Notes under the pieces: generated by a model
Seen by the model: the letters and a program-made list of their open reading frames with translations, nothing else
Database searches by the model: none
What the model was told of the DNA's origin: nothing
Position numbers and translations under genes: made by a program
In this document: positions 41,201-52,728 of the stretch, one piece after another
Layout of the letters: every line of letters begins with the position of its first letter
Numbering within the stretch: position 1 is the stretch's first letter
NCBI GenBank assembly: GCA_039621445.1
Contig: CP154954.1
Location: forward strand, 7,141,425 to 7,205,424
Direction of reading: 5' to 3'
Source of the DNA: Euglena gracilis
Taxonomy: Eukaryota
Length of the DNA stretch: 64,000 nt

Positions 41201-44200
41201 TCTTGTCATTCAGTAATGGTATTCCCCCGACCTTTTTTCTGACCGAACGCAGCTTTTGTCCCCCCCAGTTTGGCTTCCCAGTTCGCTGTCGGACGCGTAC
41301 CAACAAATGCCGGCTTCCAACCCCCGCCGGGTGTCCCTCCCTTGCGGGGACCGCTGGGCTGCGGGCGGAGCTCCGCCAGCGCCACGCGTGGACCGCCCAG
41401 GCGGCCGCAGCGCTGGGGCCCGACCCGGCGGCCGCGGAGGGGGCGGGGCCGCTGGACGTCGCCGCCCTGCAGCGGGCCGTGCGGGCCGCAATCACCCGGG
41501 GCCCCTGCCCCCTCGGCTGCCCCTCGGCCCCCGCGCAAACTGCCCCCTCCCTCCCAGAGGCGGGTTCTAATGGGAAGCGGACTCTGAGGAACATACAAAA
41601 CACCATTTTTTCGCTGGACTTTCGGGAGGGAGCAGTGCCTGCCTGGGGTTTATTTAGTAGCCCGCTCCACACTTCTCGCCTGCTCAAAGCTGCTTCTCCA
41701 AATTGAAGCATTTCTCATTTTCTTGTGAAGTGTGGACCCATTTGATGTCAACCATGAAGCGCCGACAGGCTTTGGTGGGGGGTACCACTGGGGTGAAAGG
41801 CTCCCCAGTCAATTTGTGGGCCACCCCAATTCCCCCCAATATCTCCCGCTCCTTGTCCAAGACCAGGAACTAAGAGGAAGTCTTATTTCTAACGCAGGAG
41901 GATGTGGAATGGAATGGAAAGGAAACGCAAACGGATGGCAAATGCATTTTTTTCTGTAACAATTTTGTACTGCATTGACAACTTTTCGTGGCCAAATCAT
42001 CCAAACGTAAGGGGAATTTATCTTGTGTCATTGCTTGGGTGGCAGGATCGATTTTATCTTGTCCCAGGCTTCCGTCACAACAGAAAGAAACAAAGTTCCA
42101 CGAATGTGACGTTGCCGTTGGTGTGCGTTCACTTGTCTTCCAGGCATACCTTTCTTTTCACTGTTTTTTTGCACCATTCTTCTGTTTATTTAATATTTCA
42201 TCTTTTGCATTTTTGTTCATTGTTTATTTATTTTCCCATTTTGTTTTTTACACCTTCTTTAATTTGGAAATCTGAGTTGACTAGTATTGCCCAGTGCATA
42301 AATATATTGTTAGCATCCTGTTTTTCCCAGTGCATAAATATATTGTTAGCCTCCTGCAAAAGTATGAGTTTGCAGGGGCCTGGGTTCTTTTTAAGCCAGA
42401 GAACCACCCCGGGGAGGGAGGGGTGGGTGCAGGGGTTTTTTTTTTTAGTCTTGGACCCCCGTGGGGGGGAGTAGGGGTGGGTGGGTCCACACAGAGGGGG
42501 GTGGGATACACTTCTCAGCGCCAAAGGCGCCGAAAATTTTTGAAAAGGGTGCTATTTTTAGCATTTTCCGCAGTTTTTTTTTGGCCATTTCGGGTGAAAG
42601 TGGGTTGGGTCCCCTGGGACCCCCCCCCCCCAGGGGTGGGTGGGTGGGGGGACCCCCCCCCCCGGTCTTAAAAAATACCCTGGGTGCGTGGGAAGCCTAG
42701 CACCCCTGGGGGGGGGTCCCAGGCTGGAGGGGTTTCGGCGCGAAGCGCCAAAATTTTTAGGGAAATGCCCTCAGACGGCCCGATTTGGGGGGGGGTCCCC
42801 CCTGGGTTCGGCACCCAGGCTGGGTGGTTGGAGGGTTTTGGAACCGCCCCTCCCCCTGGAGTCTTAAAAAAGAACCCTGGAAGGGACCCGACTACAACGT
42901 CCTGGCGCCCTGCGAAGGACGAGCCCCGCCAGCCGCGATCCCCAGCCATTCCACACAGACCCTGCCCCTCTCCGTTCGATCAAATCGCCCCTTGCGGGCT
43001 TCTTGCATGTGTGTGTGTGTGGGTGTGGGTGTGTGGGTGTGGGTGTGTGCGTGTGTGCGCATGCATGTGTCTGCATTATCATATGGTCCAATTTTGAGTT
43101 CGTTTGAAGTCATCAAAATGTCATAAATTTATAGAATCGCCAGCCTCCGGCCCTCTGACGGCCGATGTCCCATTTCGTTTGTTGTGTTTTGTTTTCTTGC
43201 GCATTTGCGGAATGGAACGCGAGTTTTTTTTTTTTGTGGTTTTTGCGCACTGGCCCTCTGTCTTCACCGTTTTATGGTGGTAAAACCCAGCGGGAAGGGC
43301 CACGTTTTGGTATTGATTGACAACATCAATGGTTTTGCAAAATGGGAGTCCTGGTATGGACACCAGGCGGTGATGATGTTGGCTTACAGCCCCGCAGAAG
43401 TTTTTGAGTTTGTTTGCGAAAGGAGTGTATGTGTTTTTTTCAGGTTGCAACGCATTGTCAAAGAACTCTGAAAACTCTCGAGGATTTTCACCAGTTACCA
43501 TTTGGGCTCGGTAGCAGGTCCATAACCTCTCAGGCCTTTGCGTCCGTAACCTCTGCACAAGTCGCCAAGCTGTATGGTAGCACGCCCTCCCGTCTTCAAT
43601 TTCTGAAGGCAGCTCGCCGGGGCCACACTCGCTGTTGAAAACAACCCCTGGGCTTTAAACCGTCTTTGTAATGATGTTTGCAGCGCACTGGACTTATGTT
43701 GTGGCACCGGTCATGCTCCTGGAGACAAGAATGGTGTCAAAAATAATTGCTAAAATTTTTTGGGGCCGTACAAATCTTTATGCTCAACAAACATACAAAT
43801 TTTTATGCTCCGGATTGTATTCACTCCAGCTCCATATGAATCCAGGAGAGGAATTCAAGAACAAGAAAGGTAAACAGTGGAAACACAGTGTCGAGTTCTC
43901 TGTACAGCATATCCAAGATTCAAATAGAATGACTGTGGCGGTTCAACATACACCCCTCTGAGCGCAGATAGTTTATAAGTCAGTTGATATTTGTCTCAGC
44001 AAGTTCTTGGTCAACCAGTTTCTTGTTCCCCGGAGGTCTTCGTTGCAAGAACATGCTTTTCTATGGCGGTTTTGAAAGGAACAAGAGGTTTGCGTATCCA
44101 CATTGTACCACCCGTCACCCTCTCACCAAGGCCAAGTGAGAAAGCATCCAAAGAGCCATGGCCAGATGGGAAGGAAAGATTTTGAAGAAGAAAAACAGGC

Positions 44201-44760
44201 AAAAAGTAACAAATCAAAAATGCTTGGGTTTTTTTTATTTTAATTTTCCGGGTACGTTATCTTTGTCGTTATCTCTTAGGGTAAAATATTTGGGAGGATC
44301 AAAAATTTTGAATGATTTGGATGTATTATTTCTTACTTGAGATCAAGTATGATTGAGATCTATTGATTTCCTTCAATTTCCCCATGGATGTAATTCTGGC
44401 CAACTCAGCCCGTTTTGCGAAATGGTTCCCCCCCCAAATAGGTGCCTCGTTACTGGAACCATCTTTTTTTGGCTCACCCCCCCCCACCGGGGTATTTGGG
44501 GGCAAGGGCCTGCCAGGGTAATTGGGGGTTTGAATGCCGGCAACCCATCTCGCGGTCTGCATCGTTTTACACGAAGGGCCCGGCCTGGCCTCTCCCCCTC
44601 CCCCACCGCCGACGCATTGCTGCTCCTTGCCCGCCAGCAACAGCAGCTCACCACCGCATTGCTCCTCGTGGCGGCCGGGGGCGTCGCCACGCTGTGGACC
44701 CTCCTCCTGGTGGGCGTGGGCTACGCCGTGCACCGCTACTACAGCCAGCCTGCCACGTGA
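24600..44760 (+). CDS. GRAM-domain + VASt (StART-like) membrane-contact lipid/sterol transfer protein (GRAMD1/Aster/Lam-like), multi-exon
   Basis: Exons include 25134-25159, 25536-25709 (K/E-rich), 26322-26435 (RLFELP..LVEDFACAYQKSFLRQGRMYVLR), 27261-27428 (CHLAFYS..LFNNAITV..HFFTSFLTRDK = GRAM), ~27730-27960, ~31339-31382, 31689-31746, 32003-32102, 33710-33841, 35096-35224 (VMYGDCFRAE..FVKSTMMRRII = VASt), 36558-~36690, ~40470-40590, 40761-~40870 (TM), ~41355-41495, ~44610-44760 (TM, stop). Start (24600 or 25145) is uncertain. Confidence 0.85.
31747..32002 (+). other. Nonconventional intron in GRAM-VASt gene
   Basis: 5' AAACAAGCA, 3' TGCTTGTGGTC (CAA/TTG pair at +4..6/-8..-6); in-frame join FF-T-AYHQRQG. 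Confidence 0.8.
35551..35614. repeat. (CCCA)n microsatellite
   Basis: Directly visible; shorter (CCCA/TGGG)n runs recur in dispersed repeats (e.g. 45670-45700, 47685-47712, 63210-63236). Confidence 0.95.
35828..36473. mobile_element. MITE-like element with ~28-bp imperfect TIRs, TA-flanked
   Basis: TAcccccccctccctttgtccaacgacca ... tggtcgttggacaaaggggagggggggTA; internal ~80-bp direct repeat (35860-35940 vs 36361-36440); related end at ~10900. Confidence 0.6.
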
Positions 44761-45859
44761 CCAGGACACAGACCGGTCACACAGTCAAACATGGTCGGTC
44801 TCCCTCCCTTCTGTTCTGTTCTGCTCCTTCCTGCCTGAGCTATCAGCTTTTTTGGCAGCATGAGAGACACCGCGTCGCACTCCATAAAGTGCCACCTCTC
44901 AATTCAATGGCTAGAACGGTTATGTCTCTCCCCTTCCTCTGCGACGTCTGCCGTTCACACTTTTGTACATCCTTTGTCCAACGATGATTCAACGATGATG
45001 CCACCCCCTTCAACGCACATCTGAGAATTTGCTGCCTAGAACTCCATCACACTGGATGAGAGCCGATGAAACTTTGTCAATTCTTGGTCAAGAAATTATT
45101 TATCCCTCAAGTCCTCCCGTGGGAATGTCATCTGGTCATACAATCATTTAATCGCTGGCCGACCCCCCCCCCCATAGGGTGACTGGTTTTTTCAGATGGC
45201 TGACTGTTTCTTTGGCCCGGACCCCCCCCTCCGCTAAAGTGACCTGCCGCCGAAGGATTCGGAAAATGTGATCAAATTTCCCTTGGATTCCAAAGTGGCT
45301 GACCCCCTGAGTGTTGAGGCTGACTGGTTTTCCAGAAGAAAGTGAGCGACTTCTTTTTGGAATGGTGGAAGTGCCCCCCCCCCCCGGTGGTCTGGTCGTT
45401 TGTCAGAGTTTACCTTGGATCTCAAAGGATGTTTCCAACTTGCAAACCTGTGAAGATGTCAGCGTCCTAAGTGCTCAGTGGACTGAAACTGAAACTGAGG
45501 CGAAAGCTGCCAAATGTTCATATGCAAGCCTCCTCCCTCCTTTGGGGGTGGGGTGAAGTGGATTAGGGCGTTTTTTTCTTTTTGGTGCAAAGCGCCAGAA
45601 TTTTTGAAACATTGAAACTGACACCCAAGAAGTGCTTCCACTCCCTCCGGGGTCGTAGGTGGTACCCCTGGGTGGGTGGGTGGGTGGGTGGGTGGGTGGG
45701 GGACTCCCTCTCCCCCTCCCCAAGTCGAAGAAGAAACACCTCGTCGCAGAAAAAGAAAAGAGTTGAAAATGGGACCGAGTTCAAAGTACAAGTACAAGTA
45801 CAAGTAAACATGCCACCTGACCACACGTTAAACATATCACGGCCCATTCCCCACCACGT

Positions 45860-45884
45860 CGTCCACGCTCGCCTCCTCGCACAG
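45860..45884 (+). promoter_or_regulatory. Putative trans-splice acceptor upstream of MGST3-like gene
   Basis: C/T-rich tract ending cacAG about 30 nt before ATG 45915. Confidence 0.4.
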
Positions 45885-45914
45885 TGCGTCCATCTCCCCT
45901 CCAACACACCCGAA

Positions 45915-48900
45915 ATGGCTGTCTCCATTCCGGACGAGTATGGGTACGTGGTGCTGGTGATCGGCCTCTCCTGGTTCCTCAACCTGTACCTGATGACCCT
46001 CGTGATGAACGCCCGCAAGAAGTACAATGTGCCATACCCGGCGCTGTATGCCGCCCATGGGTTCTCCCTAAACACCATCTTCCTCACAACCATCTTTCTG
46101 CACGATAGCTTACAGCTTTTCAGTTCTGTTGCACATGTGTGAGGTGGGACCCTGTGGGACCGTTTGGGCATATTAAATACATGGCTCATGTGATGTGAAG
46201 GTGTGGAATGGGGTGATTTGTTTCCAGACTGTTTCGAGGCCACCTTAATTTTTCAATTTTGGTCGTCCATCTCATGGTAAACGCCCCGATTCGCTCTGAA
46301 CTGCTCACGTGGCTCAACAGTCACGTGGTAAGGGCCCCACACCCTTTGGCACAGGGCAAGTGAACCAATGTTCAAGGTGTTTTTGGGCACCAATAAGTAG
46401 CATTGGAGGCATTTGGCCAGTAGGAAGGGTGGCACGCCAAACCTGGTGTGCCACCAAACGAAGATATGGAGGTGGGAAACGTGGATTCGAATATGGAGAC
46501 GGACTGGTTCCGTTCCATGTTAACACAACCAAAAAAATCAGATGCCAGTTAAGAAAAGTTCTGCAACAAAAGTCTATTTTTACCCATTCACTCAAAATAT
46601 CCAACCTCTCCCCCCCCTGTGCGCAGAGGGCCTCCCCATTACCATCATTTTGCCTGGTCGGAGAGTGACGAAAATGTTGGGAGGGTTTGGAAAGCAGTCA
46701 CTGGACTCATTTTCCTGGGGCACCTGGGCTTTCAGATTCATTGGGGGCCCTGCCAAGGTGGGACGGGCCCATGCCGGGACAGGGAGCACAAGGAGCATGA
46801 GAAGTTCAACTCCGTCCAGCGCGCTCACCAAGGCCAGGGCCGGCTGGGGAATGACTCACTGTGGCAGACACCCTCCCCCTACCGAAGCGTCATCCCTCTC
46901 ACCGGCGTCTGGAACCAGCCCCACTGCCAATTCCTGCCCCCACCCCCCCCCCCTATTGATGGGCCAGCTGGGACTCCCAGATCACAGCAACCAACCAACC
47001 TTGTCAACCTTGATTTGTGGTGCTCTTCGCATAATTTCAAATTTGAATGAAATCTTGTCTCATCCCCATGGCTTAACTGGCCTTGGTCGGGGTCATAAAT
47101 TGCACACATTTCCGCCCCTCTAGCTGCTCGGCCACCCCTTCCTGTCCAAGCTGCCCTGGACGCAATACGCTGGAGTCATGGGGGCCCGTCCAGATCCTAA
47201 TGTTGGTAGACGGGCTGCTGTTCCCCGAGGGGGCCGCCGAGTGTGGGCACTGGTCTGGGGCATCATCAGGGGGTTTAAATTTGGGCAGCGGGAATGGGTG
47301 TTACTGATTCACGGTCTATTTTGGGGGTTAACGCCAAATTGCTAACTCTTTAACTGTAATTCCTGACAATTGTATATTAGGTACTGGAAAGCTGGCATTC
47401 ACCAACCACACCATTCAGATATTTATTTGTTCCAAAAACCAATGGGTTGTGAAAGTCAGTGAAATGTTAATCGAGATCGGATTTGCCATATTTGTCTTGA
47501 GCTGGGAAAAATATATATAAGTGTAGTGATAGCCAGGAGTTGTTTCCTTCCATCTCCGTGGGAATTGTGTGTTGTCGCCAGCATAGATTCACTTAATGGC
47601 TCCCCGGGGGTGGGAGCATTTTCCTGGCCAAAATTCACCCACCCACTTTTTCGAAACCCCACACACCCACGACCCCCCTGGGCCCACCACCCACCCACCC
47701 ACCCACCCACCCACTCCAGCCAAAATCGACCGAAAACGCCAAAAAAAATTTCCGGCTTGGCCTTCGACCAGGCAAAAATTGGATCCGTGGTGCACCCCAC
47801 CCCGACCGTGACAAATTGGCTTGTGCTGGGAAGCCTGACAATTTCCCAGGCTTTTCCAATGATTATTGGGCTTTGACAGCCGGGGAGGGGGGGCTGGCAA
47901 TCTGTTCACGTATGAGCACAGGTGGGAAAAAGACAAATCCAAGGAGGGCAATTCTCAAATCTACACTCATTTTGTGATGTAAAGACCGTAGAAACGCATG
48001 GGGATGCACAGCAACAGCAGTGCTTGACAGCCCGCAATGGAGATGCTTCCGCACCGCGTGCACCGCGTGGCGCACCGCGTGCACTGCGTGAGAAGATCAT
48101 TTCCAAATGTAAAAATTTCACAAATTTCCACCAGTACCCCATCTGCAGTTGATTTCCGTTCTCTTTTTCGCCTGTTTTCCTGCCAACCAGCAACTTTTGG
48201 CCTGTTTGGCCATTTTGGACCACGTTTGGCCACTTTGGGCTGAATTTGGCAATTTAGACCACTTTTGTCTGTTTGCATTCATTTTTGCTTCATTTATGCC
48301 AATTCTTTGTTTTTTTGCACATTTGTAGCCATTTTAGACCATTTCTGACTGCTTTTACCCATTTTTTGCCACTTTTTTTGGCCTTTTTTGGCCATTTTGT
48401 GGTCACTAGCACAGACTCGGTGACCATGGGTGCAGGTTTGCTGAGATGTGGAGGCAAAACCAGGTGATTTGGGCCAAAAACACCCAAAAATGACCAAATT
48501 CGCTCAAAAAGCTTTTTTATTACAATTTTGTAATCGATAGGCACTTTTGCGGGTGTTTTTCTCTCATTCAGTCATTTTAGGTTGTACCTGATTCTTGTCA
48601 CGCAGTGCACGCGGTGCGAAACACGCGGTGCGGAAGCATCCCCAATGAAATTTCTCTGAGATGCTGAAACACCCGAAAGTTACCACGGACCTTTAAGGTC
48701 CAAAAAAGTATGAAAATACTGATTTTTGTTGGGTTTTGAGACCCAGAAATAAAGAAATAATAATAATAACATCGGTTTATTTTAATTCACCCATGGCCCA
48801 AAGTGCTGAAGAAGCTTTTTTTTGTTTTTCGGAAGCCAAAAAGTGAAGTTTTTTTTGATACTGAGTCGGCCCAGAAAATAAAGGCCCTCCAAATTTGCGA

Positions 48901-49993
48901 CCCTCCTGGACAGTCTTCTTGTTAACTCAGAAGACCCCCCCAGGGGGGAGGCAGGGTTGGTGGGTTCAGTTTGGGGGACGCACCCCCCCCCCGGCCCAGG
49001 GGTAGGTCCCGAACCAGAGGCCAGAATAGGTTTCAAAGCGATGCACCAAAATTTTGGCAATTGTCTTTAGACGTCCCGACTTTGGGGGATGCTCCCCAGG
49101 GTCCCACGCCGGGCTGGGGGTGGAGGGACCCCTCCCCCCTGGGTTCTGAAAAGAAGCCCATTCCTGGAGTTTCCAGCGACTGACACAAAATAGCACCCGG
49201 GGGTGTAATGCAAAAAAAAATTTCACGGCTTAAATTGCACCAAGGCCAAGCCTTTTCTTGCCCTCCGCAGGAGATTAATGATTTGATGACCACATTTTTT
49301 GGATTTATTTGATGGTTTTGCGATTCATGAGAATTGTCCCGAAGGCACTTGAAAAGCTTTTGACGACACAGCCAAGTCAATGAATGAGTTCGTTTTCTCT
49401 GAGAGGTTGAAGTGGAAGTATGTGCAGGTTCAAAAAATGTCTGGAAGCATTTTTCGGAGTTCAAAGTTAAATGCCAACTGGGAAAGTTGGAGTAAGGCGT
49501 TATTGCACTCTGGGGGTCGGCTTTTGGGGTGGGCAGTGCTATGACATCAAGGTGCTGGGTCCCCTAAATGGCCATTTCTGTGGGGAATGCACTTGTTTTG
49601 TGTTGTTACTGGGACCCAAAATGGATTCACGCCTGCAGGCACCCATACCTCCGCAGAACTGCGGGCTCCTTGGGATACGGCATGCGTGGTGTATCGGAAC
49701 AGAACAATTTGCACCGGAGACCCAGACCTATCGCCTCCGCATTTCGAAGAGCCCTCTCTTCCTCAGCCGGGAGCCCATCCAGGCCCCTGCCCCCTTCCGC
49801 CCGGCAGCCCTGCCCCAAGGCCGCCGCGGCGCTGGGCCTCGTGTGGGTGGCGGCGCGCTTCCTGTACGGCTGGGGCTACGCCAGCGGCGGGCCGCAGGGG
49901 CGACGGGCGGGGGCTTACCTCTCCGCCCTGGGCTCGTTTCCGCTCATGTTCCTCGCCCTCTACGTCGGAGCCGCCCTGGCGAAGCTTGTGTGA
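45915..49993 (+). CDS. MGST3: MAPEG family microsomal glutathione S-transferase 3-like, 143 aa, 4 exons
   Basis: Exons 45915-46052, 46778-46831, 47164-47226, 49817-49993 give MAVSIPDEYGYVV..ARKKYNVPYPALYA/DREHKEHEKFNSVQRAHQ/NTLESWGP..GLLFP/KAAAALGLVWVAARFLYGWGYASGGPQGRRAG..KLV*, containing the MAPEG FNxxQRAHQNxxE signature. All three introns are non-GT-AG. Confidence 0.93.
46832..47163 (+). other. Nonconventional intron in MGST3-like gene
   Basis: GGCCAGGGC...GCCCTGGACGC: R at +1, CAG +4..6, CTG -8..-6, Y at -1; restores QRAHQ|NTLE. Confidence 0.9.
48039..48643. mobile_element. MITE with ~60-bp TIRs and 3-bp AAT TSD (PIF/Harbinger-like termini)
   Basis: aat|GGAGATGCTTCCGCACCGCGTG... and ...CACGCGGTGCGGAAGCATCCCC|aat; lies within MGST3 intron 3. 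Confidence 0.75.
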
Positions 49994-50210
49994 AGGCTGA
50001 GCACAGGAATTTTTTTCCCACCGTTGGATATTGCAGCGTCCAATTTCATCTATGGGGTCAAGGCTTGTGGCGGTGAATGCAACCTGGGGTAGTTGAATCA
50101 AGCAACGTCTGAAATTTTCAGGCCCCGCAAAGGGGGAGGCTTAAATTGCATCCTTACAACAACCTCAAAAATATTTCGAGATAGTGCCATCCGCCATATC
50201 ACTGTAGTTA

Positions 50211-50426
50211 AACCCCCCCCCCTAATAGCAGCACGGGTGCGCTTATAGTGGACCGCCGCCTCCGGCGGCGGGGGGTGCACTTCTATTTGGACCCTATCTG
50301 CCCGATTTTGGTTGATTTTCTTTAGAAATCCCATCAAAATGGGGGGGGTGCGCTTGTAGCGGGGGGTGCGCTTTTATTTGGACCCTGCGCTTGTAGCGGC
50401 CCCGTGCTTCTATTAGGGGGGGGGTT
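50211..50426. mobile_element. Short MITE-like element with ~26-bp TIRs
   Basis: aaccc..cctaatagcagcacggg vs cccgtgcttctattaggg..ggtt; internal gtgcgctt repeats. Confidence 0.55.
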
Positions 50427-50759
50427 AGTGCCATACACCATACATTTATGCTAAGTGCTATATGCCATATGGCTGTGGTTGTATTTTTGGCATTTTGCAT
50501 AAGGCATTTGTGTGTCAGAAGACTTGCACAGCAAAGGGGAGTTCACAGGGCACACTATATTCAAGGTATTTGCTGTGTATTTTTCACATTTCACATTCAT
50601 GCACGAGGATCTTAAACAAGATCCTCCGACCGTAACCCTCCTGGGACAACCCCAAATATGAACTCCGCCTGTGAAAACAATTCAAAAATGTAGAGCCCCT
50701 TGTTTACCAAATTTAAATGCCAGACAGAAATAGATTTTGAAAAGTATCATTGTCTGGAG

Positions 50760-51049
50760 CATAGATTCATTTAACAGCTGTGTGAGCCCTCCCCCGAGGG
50801 GGTTTTCGAGAGTGGATGGGTGGGTCGGGCCCCGGGACTACCCCGTGGGGTGCACCATGGGTCACCATGGGTTGGTTGCCCGACCAAAAGGCTGGGCCAG
50901 TAAATGTTTTTTAGCGTTTTTGGCTGTATTTGGCTGGATTTGAGTGGATGGGTGGTTGACCCTCTTGGGGGAGGGGGGGGATTGTGGGTGGGTGGGTTTG
51001 GGCCCAGGAAAAAGTACCCCCACCCAGGGAGTCACTGAGTGAATTTATG
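50760..51049. mobile_element. MITE-like element, CATAGATTCA family
   Basis: catagattcattta ... tgagtgaatttatg imperfect TIR; related copies at ~47582-47810 and ~63140-63360. Confidence 0.5.
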
Positions 51050-51368
51050 GTCTGAGGCGAAGGCAAAAGGCAACCTTTTCTGACAAAATAAATTGTTCAG
51101 CTTGAGCCTGTGCCATCCAGGGGGGCATGCAGTTCATCCAAGGGGAAGGGCCCTATAGTTCCACCCAGAAAGAATTCGGAAAGTTGGGGTTATTTCAGGG
51201 GAATAGGGTTAGAGTTAAGGCCAGTCTTCCGGCAATATCTCACTTTTTTGAAAATTTTGAAATGGGGTGGAGTTTGGTGGAACCGCTTTCGGTCAAAGTT
51301 AGGCTGAATTTGGGCCTAATTTCTCCCTTATGAATTATAATAATAATATGAAATTTGGGGGGGTTATT

Positions 51369-51391
51369 CTTAGGCGGCGCGAATTGCCCAA
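51369..51391 (+). repeat. Left terminal inverted repeat (23 bp)
   Basis: CTTAGGCGGCGCGAATTGCCCAA preceded by TTATT. Confidence 0.95.
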
Positions 51392-52728
51392 ATTTTTTGG
51401 CATTTTTTAGGCGTTATGGGTGTGCGGGTTCCCGTGTAAGCCACCCCCCTGAGACGTGACCGAAATTTCTGACACTTGATGCAACCCAGAAATTGTGTGC
51501 GGGTTTCCGTCTGTTTCCACTGTTTTGACATGTGACCCATTTTGGAAATTAATGGTCAAAAAGGGGTGGTTTTGTGAAATACCCCCCCAGCAACCTGGCC
51601 GAAAATGTGAAAACGGAGAAGGGGTCGGAGAACACCTGGCCGTCGGAGCCCCGGCCGTGTCACGACGGAGCCGGACCCCACCTCCGGGAGGGGGGTGACA
51701 TGGGGTGACCTGTGACGGAGAGGCACCCGCGTAAGCAACCCGTGCGTTTTTGGAGGACTCGCGAGTGCCGACGACCAGTGACGGGAGGGGGAAACGAACA
51801 CCACTGCGGAACGGATGTCCTAATTTTTGACAGATGAGGTGTTGGGCGGGAAACCGCACAGAATAGGTGAACCATGTGAGAGGGGGCTAACAGTACGAGA
51901 GGGGGCTGAGAGACAAAGGCTGGTTAAAAGCGAATTTGTGCGGTTATCCGTGCAAAAAACTTACGGGAAACTCCTGGGGACGTTTGGCTGGGAACTGAAC
52001 CTGACATCCAATGGGTCACGTCACCCAAGGCAGCCGTCCTCCCATGCCCCCCTCACCGCCCGCCTGCCAGAAACTGCGATAGCATACGAAGCGCAACGAC
52101 AGAAAGAAGGGAGAGAGGGGGAGGGTGTGTGTGTGCGGATAACCGTGCAGCTTGGTCCTGGTCCTGGAGGGGTCCTTGGTCCTGGGGGGAAGAGAGAGAG
52201 ACGAAGTCTCTGTGGGCGGTCCAGACGGAAAAGAGAGACAAACGGAGGGGACGAACGGACAGCCGAATGGGTGGTCCAGGTCCAGGGCACACGGGGCGTG
52301 ATCTCAGGGAGGGGTATGTGTCAGAGAGGGATTCACACTCCATACAAAGGGTTGGTGGGACACCGGCCACGGAATGGGAGACCAGAATGTGTGCCCTGGC
52401 CCTCACACGGCGGTGGGGGCGTCCGGTGGGTCCCAGGTGAGAGGGGTGATGGAGTGGTCCCAGGGGGTTGAGGTCCCGTCGAAAGGTGAAAGGCATTTGG
52501 GCAGTCCCGGGGACAGTGGGTGTGGGGAGGGTGTGTGACACAAAAAAAAAAAAAGGTGACGGGCGGTCCCAGGTTCAGAAGCATCGGGCGGTCCACACAG
52601 GAGGGGCAGACAGAGCTGCTCAGCCGGCCGCCCACGGCCGTCCACTCGGTGGCGCTGTCGAGGATGGGGATGGCGGCGCAGCCGCCCCGCCGCCCGCCCG
52701 GCCCGCCCCCGCCGGCCCGCGCTGCTGC

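Noticed and set aside
42290-42356. 36-bp-period tandem duplication (cccagtgcataaatatattgttagc x2)
   Set aside because: Isolated intronic slippage duplication with no evidence of function.
43121-44217. Balanced-composition insert in a GRAM-VASt intron with a 145-aa minus ORF
   Set aside because: No recognisable domain or termini; possibly an old transposon fragment.
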